DNA of 64,000 nt, taken from Moniliella sp. 'wahieum' (taxonomy: Eukaryota). The DNA lies in the NCBI GenBank assembly GCA_003971905.1, contig RSEE01000010.1:620001-684000 (forward strand), given 5' to 3'. Under the pieces are notes generated by a model. The model saw only the letters and a program-made list of their open reading frames with translations. It made no database searches and had not been told where the DNA came from. Each line of letters opens with the position of its first letter. Positions within the stretch are counted from its first letter, which is position 1. Positions 39,358 to 52,256 of this stretch are shown here, in pieces. The position numbers and the translations under genes were made by a program.

Positions 39358-42300
39358 GACAGCGCGGGAGGCCCTAAGCCAGCCAACCTCCCTGCGCAAC
39401 ACGATTCAGGTGCGAGACCATCCGTATTCAATGAACGAAGTGCGTTTATCAATCTTCGTCCACACCGCGAGCCCATAGCAGTGGCAAACGGACAGATCGC
39501 ATACACTGAAGGCATTGGCACCATCTCTATGTACATTCAAACCCAGAACGGAGCCCCTATCCGCATCCACCTACCCGGCAGCTTGTACTGCCCCACCTTC
39601 CCGACCAACCTGCTCAGCGCTTACCATCTATCTGTCGCAGGCATTGGCAGCTGGATCCCTCCAGGTGGCCATGGTCTCTATCTCGGACGACACGGCGAAC
39701 CTTTTCGTCTCGCCGCCGACTCAAGCTATTCCCTTACTCTGGCGCCCAATACGACAGCCACAGCCAACAGCGCCACTTCGCTACTCAACCTTGATGCAAC
39801 CCTGGTCAAGGTGAAAAACGCCCACATCCGATGGAATCATGCACCTCTAGATCAACTTTCATCCCTCACGTCGGATGACCCAGCATTCGAACGGGTCAAC
39901 AGTGGCGACATCGCTTTAGTCCGGTCCTCGTGGCACTGTGCACCATGCGCATTAAGCAGAGCCACTGCCCCACCCACGCCACGACTGGACGCCCAATCCG
40001 AACCATTCGCCCTTTCTCTCTCCTCCACCTCGACGTCCTTGACATATCCCGCCAAGGCGGCGGGGGTCATACTTACGCCCTTATCATTGTCGACGACTTT
40101 ACGCGGTATACCTGGACGCTACCCCTGGTGTCCAAGGGTGATGCCACAGCCGAACTTCAAGCCTTCATCCGGCGCGAGCATCGCCAACATCCCGACCGCC
40201 CCCTTCAGACGGTCCGCTCTGACAATGCGCCTGAACTCACCACCGCAATGGACGAGTTTTACTGCGAGCTGGGAGTAGTGAGCGAGCGCACCAATCCTGG
40301 CGAAAGTGCGTCCAATGGGGTCGCCGAACGCGCCATAAGATCGATTACGGATCGCGCTCGACTCATGGTAATCGCCAACAGATTGACTCCCGACGAGTGG
40401 TGGGAACACAGCTTGTTGGCGGCCACATATGCACACAACCAGTCGCCGCCGAAAGCACTGGGTGGGGACAGCCGATTTGTCCGGTACCATGGCTTTAAAC
40501 CCTCCCTTCGCATGCGCGGTTTTGGCACTCTTGCCTACCTGCACCTATTGCCCAACCAACGCGAGGGCGGCAAACTTGGTCCGCGGGCCGTCCCAGCAAT
40601 GTTGGTGGGTTACGGGCACGGCCGCGGTTCGAAGGGGTGGCTCTTTGCCATCCACCAGGACGACGGCCAAGTTGGATTCCGTTGGAAAAAGCCGTCCACC
40701 TGGACACATGTCCCGTACACCACCGAATATCCCACGCACTTTCATCTGGACCCCCTTGTCCCTGCTGGTGGCGGAGAGGTGCGGGGGGGCGGAGAAATGG
40801 GTGCTGGTGGGAAGTCAGACAGCTCCCCACCCCGGCGTGTGCGTTTTGCGATAGATGAACTGACCCGCGATACTAATGGTAAGAAAGACAATGCCCCCCA
40901 TGGAAAAAGAAAATTAAAAGAACGAAAAACAGAGGCACATCGCCCGGCTCAAGCCAACGAAAATGAGAATTCAGAGCCTGGCCCCACTCCCACCAACTCC
41001 AACCCCCCACATGTATCCCCCCAACCTGTTGCATCTGACCCCGCAGGCATGGCACAACGCCAGGCAAAGCAAGCCGAAGAAAATGAAACTATCACAGAAG
41101 ATGCCGTTGACACTGGCCACCAAGTCCTGTTTTCCCCTCCCTCTTCCACTTCCCCTTCCTCTCCCGCCCTATCCCCCTCCCCTCTCTCCCCCACCGACAC
41201 GCTCGCCCCCGTGACCGTGCCCCTGACCGATACAGCCGTCCCCGCACTCGTGCGTCGCAATCCCGTTCGCCAAGCGCGTATCAACGCTCCACCCCTCGAC
41301 CTGTCCATTCCAGCCAACGACAATTTGCGCGATGGCACCTTTTCCCTGCTCGTCAACAAGGCCCCTAGCATCTTTGGCAACCCGGCCGCCCTCTCCGCCC
41401 TAGGAATGCAGGCTTTGGTGAGTATTTTCGGACCAGCGCCGGACACATCCATGCTACCTGCTTCGGAGCCAAGCTCGCCCCCCATCGCACTCGCAATCGA
41501 ATCCGCGGCAAGTGACACCGAGGTCATACTGACCACCGATGGGGTCCCGGTGGCCCCCAAGAACATCAAGAAGTTGGTGGGTCACCCTGCCTTTGATGGC
41601 GTACTCGAGGCAATGCGCCTCGAGCTTCGGCGTTTTGACGAGCGTGACGTGAAGGAAGTTGTACCCATCCCCCCAGGGATCAAACCCCTTCCCGGCATGT
41701 GGGTCATAGGTACTAAGACGGATGCGGATGCTAACTTCCTCAAGTACCGTGCCCGCTACGTTGTGGGAGGGCACCGGCAAGTTCCTGGCACATGGGCGAA
41801 ATCTTTTGCTCCTGCCGTTCGTACTGCTGCCGTCAACACGCTAATTGCGTTGGCCGAAGCTGATGGCCTCCACTTATTTTCTGCCGATGTGGAAGCTGCC
41901 TACCTCTATGCCGATATCAACGAGCTCGTCTATGTTCGACCACCCCCCTTCTTACCAGAAGCGCCCGGTCATTGCTGGAGACTCAAGAAAAGTCTCTATG
42001 GCCTGCACCAGAGCGGGGCCAACTTTGGAGATTGGCTCCGCACTTTCCTTTGCGACCGACTCCACTTCACTAGCCTAAAATCAGAGCCTTGCCTGTTCAT
42101 ACGTCGCACCGAACCTCTTGGCCTGATCCTAATCGCCGTCCACACTGACGATTTTTGGTCGCGTGTCGGTCCCAAGAAGCGTATGATGAATTCTTAGTGG
42201 AATTAAGGCGCAGCATCCAAATTAAGTCCAACGGCCCCCTACGTTTCCATCTCGGCTGCCAATACGACCGTATCGATGGACGACTGTACATCAGCCAACC

Positions 42301-43110
42301 CAAATTCATCGCTGAGACGCTTGCCGCGCATGACATATCACCTCACCGGCCCCGCTACCTTCCAATCGGCCACCAACTTCCGCCTCCCAAGCGACCCGAA
42401 CACGAAAAGCGTGCCACTCGAGACGAGCACCGTGCCTACCGTTCTATTGTCGGATCCAGCTTGTGGGCGGCTCGTATGTCCCGGCCTGATGCCCTCTTTG
42501 CGGCTACCTTTTTAGCGCGGTTTATGGACGACCCGTCCGCCGCCCACCGACGCGCAGCGGAGGACCTATTACGTTTCTTCGCCGGTACGTCTGACTACTC
42601 TTTGTGCCTCACACCCAACCGATCTCGCCCTCTACTCGAGCTGCACACCGATGCCTCCTTTGCATCAGACAAGAGCAACTCTCACTCCGTTTCGGGCCAT
42701 GTTGTTTTTGTTTTCGGTGTGCCTGTATCCTGGGGCTCCAAGTCCCAAAATCAAGGTGTGAGCAACACAGCAGCATCTGAATACCTAGCCATGGGAGATG
42801 GCCTTCGAGATGCTCTATTCATTCGCAACATACTGTTTGAACTTGGTGTCTGCAAGGCTAATCACCCGATTGAGCTCTTTGTTGACAACACCGCTGCCAA
42901 AGCGTTGGCCGAAAAGCTCGGAAGCCTAGGCAAAATACGGGAGATTGACGTCTCGTACCACGAGGTGCGGGAACGCATCCACCGAGGCGAAATTAAAGTC
43001 CACTACACTCCAGGTGCACACCATCTCCCTGACTGGTTCACCAAACCTCTTTCTCTTCCCAAGATCATTTCTGCGCGTAACAATTTCGATTTGGCTTCTC
43101 TTTCTCGCGC
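39358..43110 (+). CDS. Copia Pol: protease, integrase, reverse transcriptase, RNase H
   Basis: PR HDSGA...VANG..EGIGT; IN HIRWNH..CAPC, LHLDV, RSDNAPE, NGVAER, KLGPRA; RT YRARYVVGG, DVEAAYL, LKKSLYGLHQSG, VHTDD; RNaseH HTDASF, ASEY, VDNTAA, PDWFTKPL. Confidence 0.95.
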
Positions 43111-43177
43111 TGATCCCCTTTCTACTTTTCTTTTGTTGATGGCCAACGGGCTTCTTTCGTTCCCTTGGCCCGGGGGG

Positions 43178-43394
43178 TGTTGGGACCCGTGGTCCCGTAC
43201 TTAGGCCAAGGCGCCTCATCACCCTTCACCCCTGATTTGTCCTCCGAAGCCTCCACGTGTATACTCAGGCTTGTCTGAACCCCTGTCTCTAGGTGTGGCA
43301 CAAGGCTTAGACCTGAACCACCACCATCGCGATTGCATTGCTCTACATTTCCAGAGGTTCTTCACCCAATCCCTTGGGTTCCTCTGGTCTTACA
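43178..43394 (+). repeat. 3' LTR (217 bp)
   Basis: Direct repeat of 37520-37735. Confidence 0.98.
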
Positions 43395-43513
43395 AAGTCC
43401 GCTGAAGATAGGGCCAAGGAGCGCCACGATGAGCGGGTTCCTTGCGGGGCAAGACGAAGAAGGGGGCGTGGGAATGATCGCATTCTATCGTACATCAACA
43501 CGGAACCAATTTA

Positions 43514-45639
43514 TTACTCGATCCGCTTGATGGGGTGCAGGAACATGGGCGTCCGGCACACCTCTGCAGCTCCAACGCGGGCTGAATTGCGCCACCCCAT
43601 GTAAATCTCACGAGAGTGGGCGCCATCGTAACTGGGCAAGAGGAGGGGAGGGGGGTCAGTTTGGGGGGTTGAACAAAGGGGCAATGAAAAGGGTCAAGAA
43701 CGCACTAGTGGCTCGTGTCGCGCAACAATCGTTCCTCGGCCTTGTTATAGATGGTCTTCCTGTTGATCTTGGAGGCCAGAACGTGTGGTTCCCAAAAGTG
43801 CCGGAAAAAGATAGGCACAGGCGCAAATACGCCCTTGAAAGGGATGGGCAAGTTGTACGTGTACCCCGAGTTGGGGCCAAAACTGTGCGTGTCGCTGATC
43901 GGCAGCTGCGAGTGCAGCGTGAGAGTGGTGGGCCAAGCCTCACAGTGGGCACTCTTCTTGGCCTCGGCGTTGACCACGTTCATGGCTTCCATCAGCGCGC
44001 GCGACATACGCATATTGGTCCCGATCGAAGCGCGCCGAGGCGTCGCTTCGCCATTGGGGTAATTTTGAATGTCATACTCCCAGAACCAGCCCGAGCCAAT
44101 TGGGTCAAAAATGGGGGCCAGCGTCAAGAGATCCGCCTCTTCGCCACGACCTTCTTGCAGCGATGGGTCGTCCGCCCAATTTTCTTCGCTCTCCGTCACG
44201 TTGCGCACGAACCAGGTCTTGTACTTCTCCATACCTTTGTGGAGCGGCTCGCGTCGGCCAAAGGCCTCGACACCCTCCATAAAGTCAAGGTAGTTACCAA
44301 TGTAACGCACGTCCATTTCCCAGTTCCATACAAAGTCGTACTCTTGGTGGTCGAGCCACAATTTTTGCACGGCCATAAGACAAGACCTGTAGGATGCCTG
44401 GGCAATCATCCTGTTCTTGAACCGACCCGGTAGGCCAGGGTAAAGCGCGCACAATTCGGTCTCCGTCCACAGTTCGACCAACCCCCAAAATTCACGCGGA
44501 ACCGAGCTGCTCAAGACTTGATGGCGGTCCCATTCGGACGTAAACGGAGCCAAGTGCGGGCTTTTGACTTCAACCAAAATGCGTACATCATAAGGAGTGT
44601 TGGGATTGTTGAGCCCTAGTTCCGTAATGATGGCACGCATGTTAGAATGTCGTCTTCTCGCCAAACGTACCCTTCATAGGCACGAAGAACGATGACGGAG
44701 CGCTTGGTTTCCACGGTGGTGCGGTACTTGGATTTGAGGTCGTCGTCGGCCATGCTGCCTGGGACGAAAGGATCGGTCTCGCCCCCCCGCTCCTCTTGAC
44801 GCCGAGCGTGGCACTCGTCCAGCAACGCACGCCAGTCCGGGAAGGAAGCGGGACCCAAAAGGTCAGCCGCCTGATTGGCCTGCCACACATCGCTCCGCAG
44901 CTTGTTCTCCCATTCCCACTCGGGTATGCCTTTTGGCTTGGTGCGACCGAGCAGCGGATCAATGTAGTCCGGGTCCGACGAGTCCAGCTGAGGTGGCAGT
45001 TCCTCCTGTCCTGCACGGCGTCATGGCCGGACCAGTGTTGTCGTCCTTGACGCCAAAGGCAGGCACACCTGTAGCGGTAGGAATCGGGACCGAAGTAGAG
45101 GAGGCACTCGCGCTGGCACGGGCTGCCTGCGCTTTGGCGCGGTCGCGCATGCGCTGCAGCTCGCCGTCGATGATGGCACGGCGATACGTGATGCCAAGGG
45201 CATCGTCCGTGTACATGGCATAGCGAGCGCGATAGGTAAGGCAGTGGGATGAGTCGATGCCAATGGCTTCACCATCGCCAACGATGGCGATTGGGTGGGT
45301 GTCGGGGGTGACATGGAGCGCGAGCGGGGCACGTGGGATGTGGCGGCCATGGGGGCCGGGGCAGGTGGGCCCAGACTTGGAAGGCGGGCGGACGGGGGAT
45401 GAGACGGGGAGGCCATGGGGAGGCGAGGCGGCGTCCGAGTGTGTGCTGAGACGGTGCGGAAGGACGGGGAAGGGGTCGACGCGGTAGTAGGCGATCTCGC
45501 GCCACTCGCTGTAGTGGGCGCCGCGGAGAGCGATGGTGGTGATGGCGACGCAGAAGGTGACGAGGAGCACGGAGCGCCAGCGGCGCACAAAGAGGGTGGC
45601 CGCCCACTGGGCAAGCAGCTGAGCCGCTCCAAGCGCCAT
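43514..45639 (-). CDS. DUF3405-family type II membrane protein
   Basis: N-terminal TM, RSVIVLRAYEGYVW..DDI.NMRAIITEL, YDFVWNWEMDVRYIG, EEADLLTLAPIFDP.GSGW. Intron about 43633-43706; last exon ends MFLHPIKRIE*. Confidence 0.85.
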
Positions 45640-45972
45640 GTTGGGCGGATGGCAGCAGCAGGGGGGGTGGGGAGGAGGTGTGGCGCTGCGGGTGGTTGCG
45701 GGTTGCGGGTTGCGGCGCTGGGCGAAGGCTGTGTGGATTAGGATTGGCGGCCACGCAGGGCCACTGCTGTGCCACGCTGGACGCTCGCCTGCTCGCTCGC
45801 TCGCGCGGTCCAGCGCGGCTTATGTCAGCTGGCGCGGTGCCATTTTTTCTGGGAGTCTGTCTCTGTCTGTCGGTCGCATCCGCTCACGGGGCCCCTGCCT
45901 TGCACCGATCCGAGGCTGGCCGCAGACACCAAGCCCCCCTTGGCCCCACAGCGTCCCTCCTCCACCACGCTC

Positions 45973-47093
45973 ATGCTCCCACCCGAGCTCGCCGACTGGG
46001 GGAGCATCCTCACTCTTGTGTTTGGCGGGTGCATGTCCAATGCCGTCGCCCTCGAGCAGTGCACTGTGCTTCTGCCCCACGCCGGCTCGCTTCTCACCCT
46101 CAGTGCGTTTGTGGGCGTAACCATCTGCTTTCTGCCATCTCAGCTGGTTGTAGGCAAGCATGGCGTGTGGCTCCGGCCTCCGCAGGTTCCCCTCTCCCGC
46201 TGGGCCGTGCTGGTGGCCATGTTTTTTACCACCAACTGGATGAACAATCTCGCTTTTGCCTTTCGCGTACCCATGCCGATCCACATCATTTTTCGCTCGG
46301 GGGGCTTGGTGGTCAATATGCTCATCGGCTGCACGATAGCCGGCAAAACGTACGCCCAGCGCCTCTTTACCGGACTGATGATACTGACCGATCGTCCTTG
46401 TTGGCAGGTACAATATTGTGCAAGTCCTGTCTGTCCTCCTCGTATCGGGCGGCATCACCATTTCCACCCTCTCGGCCGGGCACAAGAGCCAAGGCGGCCC
46501 GTTTCTCCGAGGCAACCACCAAGTATTTGGTAGGCATTGGATTGTTGGCCCTGAGTTTACTGCTGAGTGGGTTTATGGGTCTGTGGCAGGAGCGCACCTT
46601 CCTCACTTATGGGCGTGGGAGATGGAAGGAATCGCTCTTCTATACTCACTTTCTCGCACTGCCCCTCTTTTGTCTCCTCGCTCCCTCGCTGCAGAACGAG
46701 GTGCGCTCGGCGTGGGCTACCCCAGGGTTTCTTCTTCCTCTTTTTGCCAGTGCGGTAACCCAAATCGTCTGTATCGCTGGTGTCAATCGCCTGACGACCA
46801 AGGTCAGTTCCGTCAGCGTGGTCATGATTCTTGCCGTCCGCAAAGCAGCTTCACTCGTTTTGTCGGTTGCCTGGGCCTATGCTCGGGGAGCAGCCGTGCC
46901 TGATCCTTTACGACTCTGGCTGGGTACAGCAATGGTTCTTGTTGGTACCGTTACCTATGCTCGGGCCAGCTCGCCGGCTCGCCCTCACAAGCAGATCAAA
47001 GCCGAGCGTCAAACCGAGCAGCCCGTCCACGCCGGCGGGGCTGTGAGCAGTGGGGTAGCGCCGTTGCTCCAGCATGCTTCCCCAAAGGGGTGA
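45973..47093 (+). CDS. YEA4/SLC35B4-like nucleotide-sugar (UDP-GlcNAc/UDP-xylose) transporter
   Basis: LVFGGCMSN..LE, NNLAFAFRVPMPIHIIFRSGGL, GLWQE.TF..YG..WKESLFYTHFLALPLF, TQIVCIAGVNRL, VRKAASL. Intron about 46350-46408. Confidence 0.92.
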
Positions 47094-47289
47094 GAAGCAG
47101 CACATCATATCAAAACACGGGATACCCAGTCGATTGCATGTATATGTATTTGAAGGACATGAATAGAGTAGGATGAAGTGCACCTCCCAAGGCATGGACG
47201 TATATTGGTCCGTGGACAGACACATTGAGGCAGAGTCAGACAGACTAAGTAATTGGAAAAGATCACCTTAAACAGCTTACGCACGGTGC

Positions 47290-47620
47290 TTAAACACATT
47301 GGTTGTGTTTAATGCCTCCATTTCCTCTCTCGCATACCACCTTCCGGTACGCAAGCCTGAACTTCTTTGTACCGGAGCTCCTCAGGATGAGGTCCACCTC
47401 CATTCTTGATCCTCCAAGGAACGCACAAAGCTTGCGGATCGGCCTCCACACGGCCTCGTGCAACGTCCCAAATTTGGATGTTGTGCGGATGCAGGAGAGA
47501 CCAAGATGTACGCCAGACATCAGTCCACACTTGCACTGGCTGCGAGAGAAAATGGCACGTGGGATCGGGCGCTGAAGACCAATCTGGACCTGCTTGGATT
47601 GCGGTGAGCTCAAGACATTT
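47290..47620 (-). mobile_element. Degenerate CRE-like non-LTR fragment
   Basis: KQVQIGLQR...QCKCG..VHLGLSCIRT.SKFGTLHEAV...GGSRMEVD..R.SG...AYRKVV aligns by eye with 30269-31195, with an internal deletion. Confidence 0.8.
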
Positions 47621-47745
47621 GGAAGCAGGCACAGAGGTGATACGTGCACTTGAAGGTGCAGCTCAATCACATTGCATCCAGCGGCCCTGTTTCGCATGGA
47701 GCCGAGATGAAGGTTCGTTCGTTGGCAAACATTTCCACCTTGGGC

Positions 47746-47751
47746 AAAAAA
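47746..47751 (-). terminator. RNA polymerase III T6 terminator of tRNA-Ala
   Basis: TTTTTT on the minus strand about 14 nt after the tRNA. Confidence 0.7.
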
Positions 47752-47764
47752 GAAAGAAGATGGT

Positions 47765-47836
47765 TGGACGAACAGGGAATTGAACCCCGGACCTCATGCA
47801 TGCTAAGCAAGCGCTCTACCCCTGAGCTATCCGCCC
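47765..47836 (-). tRNA. tRNA-Ala (AGC), intronless
   Basis: GGGCGGATAGCTCAGGGGTAGAGCGCTTGCTTAGCATGCATGAGGTCCGGGGTTCAATTCCCTGTTCGTCCA: cloverleaf, G3:U70 identity pair, A and B boxes. Confidence 0.96.
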
Positions 47837-48788
47837 GTATGGAAGTCATCGGGCATGTCGTGGGACGGGGCATGCCTGGATTTGATGCGGAGCATACGGC
47901 AAACGGCAGACGGGTGACAGCGGTGACGCTGTTGAAAGGACGGGATGGCTTGTCGAGTCATACTCGGTCATGGTGCGCAACGCAGGGGGGCAGCGTTGCG
48001 GAGGCGGGAGGCGGGAGGCGGGAGGACGCCGGCGGGCTGCGGCGGTGTTTAGAGAGAATCGCCGTGAGATGCGGGGATGCCGGAGCAACCAAGGAGCCGC
48101 CAGGGTCTGTCAGATACCAGCAGACTACGCGCTGGTGCGCCCAGATCTCAGATCTCATACCCGCCCATTCCACTCCGCCGCTGGAGGCGTGTCGGGAGGC
48201 GTGGGTGGATGGAAATGCGCCATGCTTACCTCCGAGTCGCCTCGGACCGCAGCCGAACGAAGAAAGCCGGACAATGCGGCCGTGCGTCTTCGGCACCCAT
48301 GTCCGCATCAACCGCCTGCGCCCCAGTGCTGTTGTGCCGTGCCTCTCATTATGGCTGGCAGCACACCGAGACGCGTAGTCTAGCGCTGCAAACGAGATGC
48401 GTTTGCTGAGGCCAAGGCCTGGCGCGGTGGAATATGGGAGTGGACCGGCGCCGTGAGCGGGCATAGCCAAACCCTAGCGCGGCCAAGGCGGGGGAAGGAA
48501 GGGAGCGGGGGCGGACAGACGTATCTAGGTACCACTACGTATATAGGATCCTACGCTAAAGTACTAGGCCAAGTGCCCACAGTCCAAGCCCAAATCTGCT
48601 TTCGTGGAGTCACAGATACTCGCATCCAAGACAGTCCATTCCACTTTCCACGTATCTCCATTTCCATTTCCATCTCCATCTCCATCTCCATCTCCACTCC
48701 ATCCATCTCCATCTTCCTTCATCCTACCACCACCACCACCACCACCATTATCTCCATCGCCATCTCCATTTCCATTCTTTCCTCTGCC

Positions 48789-51692
48789 ATGTCCCCGTCC
48801 CCGCCCCCTCCCACATCCCGACGTCCTGGGGAAGCGGAGCAGGCGCCAGCTCAGCTGTGGACGCATGCCGGGCAAGCAAGCTCAAGTGCGTTGCAACATC
48901 CTGCAGGTCTCCCAACTTTCTGTAGCTTTCGATCCGTCGCTGACTGCTGCTTTCTGCGCAGATGCGACCGGGCCACCCCCATCTGCTCCACCTGTCAAGC
49001 ACATGGCGCAGCCCAAACCAGTGCATGCGCAATGGCGTCCCGGTTGCCTATGCCCCCCAGTCCCTCTCCAGCGTTCGGCCACCCTGGCTGCAGCACACCG
49101 CTTCAGCCAATCCCCGCCTGCCCGCCTCGCCCACTGTACACCAAGTCCAAACCACCCCTAGATCCACCCCTCCCCCATGCTTCATTGCATTCGTCCTCGT
49201 ATATCCCCGGCACCGGTCTCCCAGCACCGATCACCACCTTCCATGGCCGCTCCCTCCTCTTCCCACGGCGATTTGCTTCTGCATCCGCCGCATTGAACTC
49301 ACCCAATCCGCTCGAACTGTGCTCGAGCGTAAGGCGTCATCTTCCATCTCGGAAGATAGGGCATCTTGGCCCAGCCCACCCTGGAGCTCGCCCGCCCTAG
49401 CACGGGTGCCCTCCCAGCCCGCTTGGTACAACGGAGGCTATGCTTGATCTATATTGGACCAAAATTGCGGTTGTTTCGCCCTCGTATGATCCGGGCTTGA
49501 TGATTCAACGGACCCGAGAGATTTACTCGCTTCCTTGGGCGGGCGGGTCGATTCCAATCAGCAGCTTTACCGGCTGACACTTCCGACTGCTTGCCTGGCT
49601 CTGTGCTATCTGTTCGGCTGTCCTGCGCTTGGCCCAGCCCACGCGTCTCCTCATATGGGGCATTGTGGATGATGCCGCCGCGGTAGCGTGCAAAGCCGGT
49701 GCACTAAATAAGATAGCCCGGCAGTGCCTGCACTTGGCTTATGCCCAGGGGGAGAAGGCATTGTGCCCCATGCGTGTTGCCTCGCCGCACTGTTGCGATC
49801 CAAGCAGCAATAGCAATCGCCTCCTCCGCCTCGTGCGGCGCTCCCCCACCTGGCTGCAGCGAGGTATTGGACATGGCGATTCGGTGTGCGCGTCAGGCTG
49901 GTCTGGACCGGATGGAAAAGTGAGCCAGCTACCTCGCAATTTGCACGAGTACGAACGAGCAGCCTGTTGGCTTTCCCTTGTGTGTGCCGACTGGCGTTGG
50001 CGCCCCCTATCTTGGGTGTACACTATCTACCCTGGCACCTTCTCCACCGAAGGGACTTGTCGATGGAAGCGCTCATCGACATACATACCCAACTCGTGTC
50101 CCTTCCGGATGGACAAAGCGCGGATGAGCGGCTGACCAACAAGAAAGGCACGCGCCACGACAAGCCAAGTCGGAGCCAAGCGATGCACTAGGTGGGTCAG
50201 ATATGGACGAGGAAGAGCATGGCGAGGCACCCCTGAAAGGACGCCCCCTGTGGGCTGCGTTGATCATTATGCCGCAATGTGTGGTGTGGGCGTGGCAAAT
50301 CCGGATCGCGGATGAGGCGCGTAAGCTCTGCGATTGGGGGTTCATGATGCTGCGCAACGTGTGAATGTGGGATACGACAAGGTGGAAGGCGGGATCGCTC
50401 GCTGCAAGAACTCTTGCGGCTTCGCCCCCCCGAACTCAGAGTCGATTGCAAAAGGAAACTGTCGACCCCGAGATTCAAGCCAAAATCAAGCGGTTCCCGT
50501 GGCTGTTGATGCAAGCCGTGGCGGTTTCGACCCCACTACGCACGATTCTCTTGTCACTACACAGCCTTATGTACTGAATGGTACCAAGACGCCCTGTCGG
50601 AACCTGGTTTGGGTCATGCTTTGTCCATTCAATCGGCGCTGGAGCAGAGCGTGTGGATTGTGCGAGCGGCACAACGCGCTTCCATGAAGGGCATCATTCT
50701 TCATCGTCAGTGGCCGTTACGACATGGTCTTTTTAACGGGGTTTGTTCTCATCTTCGATCTTCTGTTGCGCAACTCGTCGCTCTTACCCCCGTCTACCCT
50801 GGGGGTGCGTTCGGAAACATTCTCTTGATGAAGAGGTTGCTCTGGCGGATCGAGTGTCTAGATGACTCTTCGTGGCGCCGGGGACGGGGCGACGTGACGG
50901 ATGTGCCATGGGTTCATAATTCGGATTTTCCCTCTCAATCTTGGCTGCCTCCGAATCCGATCGGACCCAATGGGGCAGGTCCCACCAACCAGTATTGGAG
51001 TTCAACACTTTACTGGGGAGAGGCTTGAGAGGCTTCTAGTTCTGGCTCTACAGCGCAACGGACAACAGGGCGATGGCGCCATGGCCGTCGACTCGTACAT
51101 GCAAGCGTATGCGACCGACATGATCGGGCATCGCCGTTCTTTGGGCCGTGCAGCAAGCCAGAAAATAATGGGCAATGACCTCCCTCCATCCTCGTTGGAC
51201 CGCAAGGGGTTGAACACGTTGAACCCTCGTTACCCGATGCAGTACCCACTTCTTTGGCCCTATCCGAGCTATTCACCCCCCGACTGTGCCCTTCGACGTC
51301 GACATCCTACCGAGGCCTCTGTGACGACCCCGCTGCCTCTTGTCCCGCCTACTGCTCAACCCGCATCGGGATCTGAGCTCATGGCCAGTCTCCCTGGCAA
51401 CGCGGATATCCCAAACGCATTTCTGGGCATCGACGGGCTTCCCTCCCACCTGGGGCAGGCCGCCTACATGCCATTCACCCCTTCGGCTCACTCGCTAGGA
51501 TCGTTGCCCTTGTTTGACGCGCAAACTCTTGAGGGCCTCCTCCAACTGGCCGACTCGTCCACCGGACTGCCTGTCGACGCTATCTTGGCGGACCCCTTCT
51601 TGCTCAACACAACCACTGCCCCGTTCCCATCCTCCTTGATTGTCTGGGTACCCTCTCCCCCTTACTTTTTTTTTCTTTCTATTAAAGTATGA
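48789..51692 (+). CDS. Zn(II)2Cys6 fungal transcription factor (heavily frameshifted)
   Basis: KRSRRQLSCGR(C)RASKLK|CDRATPICSTCQAHG..QC, with an intron at about 48888-48961 inside the cluster. Downstream ERAACWLSLVCADW resembles the fungal TF middle homology region. Confidence 0.8.
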
Positions 51693-52256
51693 TCCGTAAC
51701 CCCCTCTGGGTATTGCAGCAGCACACCTTTCCCACGCCCTCGTATAGCAGCCCCCCTGGACTCTCTCCGACGACGAACAACGAAGAGGATAAATCATTTT
51801 ACACAGAAATCAAGGGGGCACTGCATCCTTGAACGCGGGGATAGTGGCCAGCAAGGAAATGTGGGAGTTGCACATCCGCCCTCCCTGTTATATGCATCGC
51901 CTCCACGCGTGCGCCTCTTCGGACGACTTGGTGCCGGCCCAGGTTGACGGCCTAAAGTATAGTGCACGTCGCGCACGTACGACGCGAGCGGGCTTTTAAT
52001 TTCCAAGATTGCAGTCGGTCACCAGGTCACCGGTGATGGTCATCGGTCAGGCCCTCAATTTCGAATGTTCAGCCGCCCCCCCCCCGCTCACGTGACGTCG
52101 CGGCCCGTGTTGCGCCTGGGCGGCAGCGGGCGGGCACGGGGGCAGCGTGGGGAGGGTAGAATTGAATGTGGGCGATCGCGGCTGCCAGCACCGCCCGCAG
52201 GCGGCGGGCGCAGGGCTCATCGCCTGGCAAGCTCGACGATCCCAACGACCATCCCC

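Larger units (their letters stand above)
37520..43394 (+). mobile_element. Full-length Ty1/copia LTR retrotransposon, recent insertion
   Basis: TG...CA LTRs at 37520-37735 and 43178-43394, identical except one indel. AAGTC target-site duplication at 37515-37519 and 43395-43399. G-run PPT at 43172-43177. Domain order gag-PR-IN-RT-RNaseH. Confidence 0.98.

Noticed and set aside
37811..42200. Programmed ribosomal frameshifts within the copia ORFs
   Set aside because: The shifts fall inside conserved domains and match the indel error pattern seen in host genes; only the in-frame TAG is retained as a candidate
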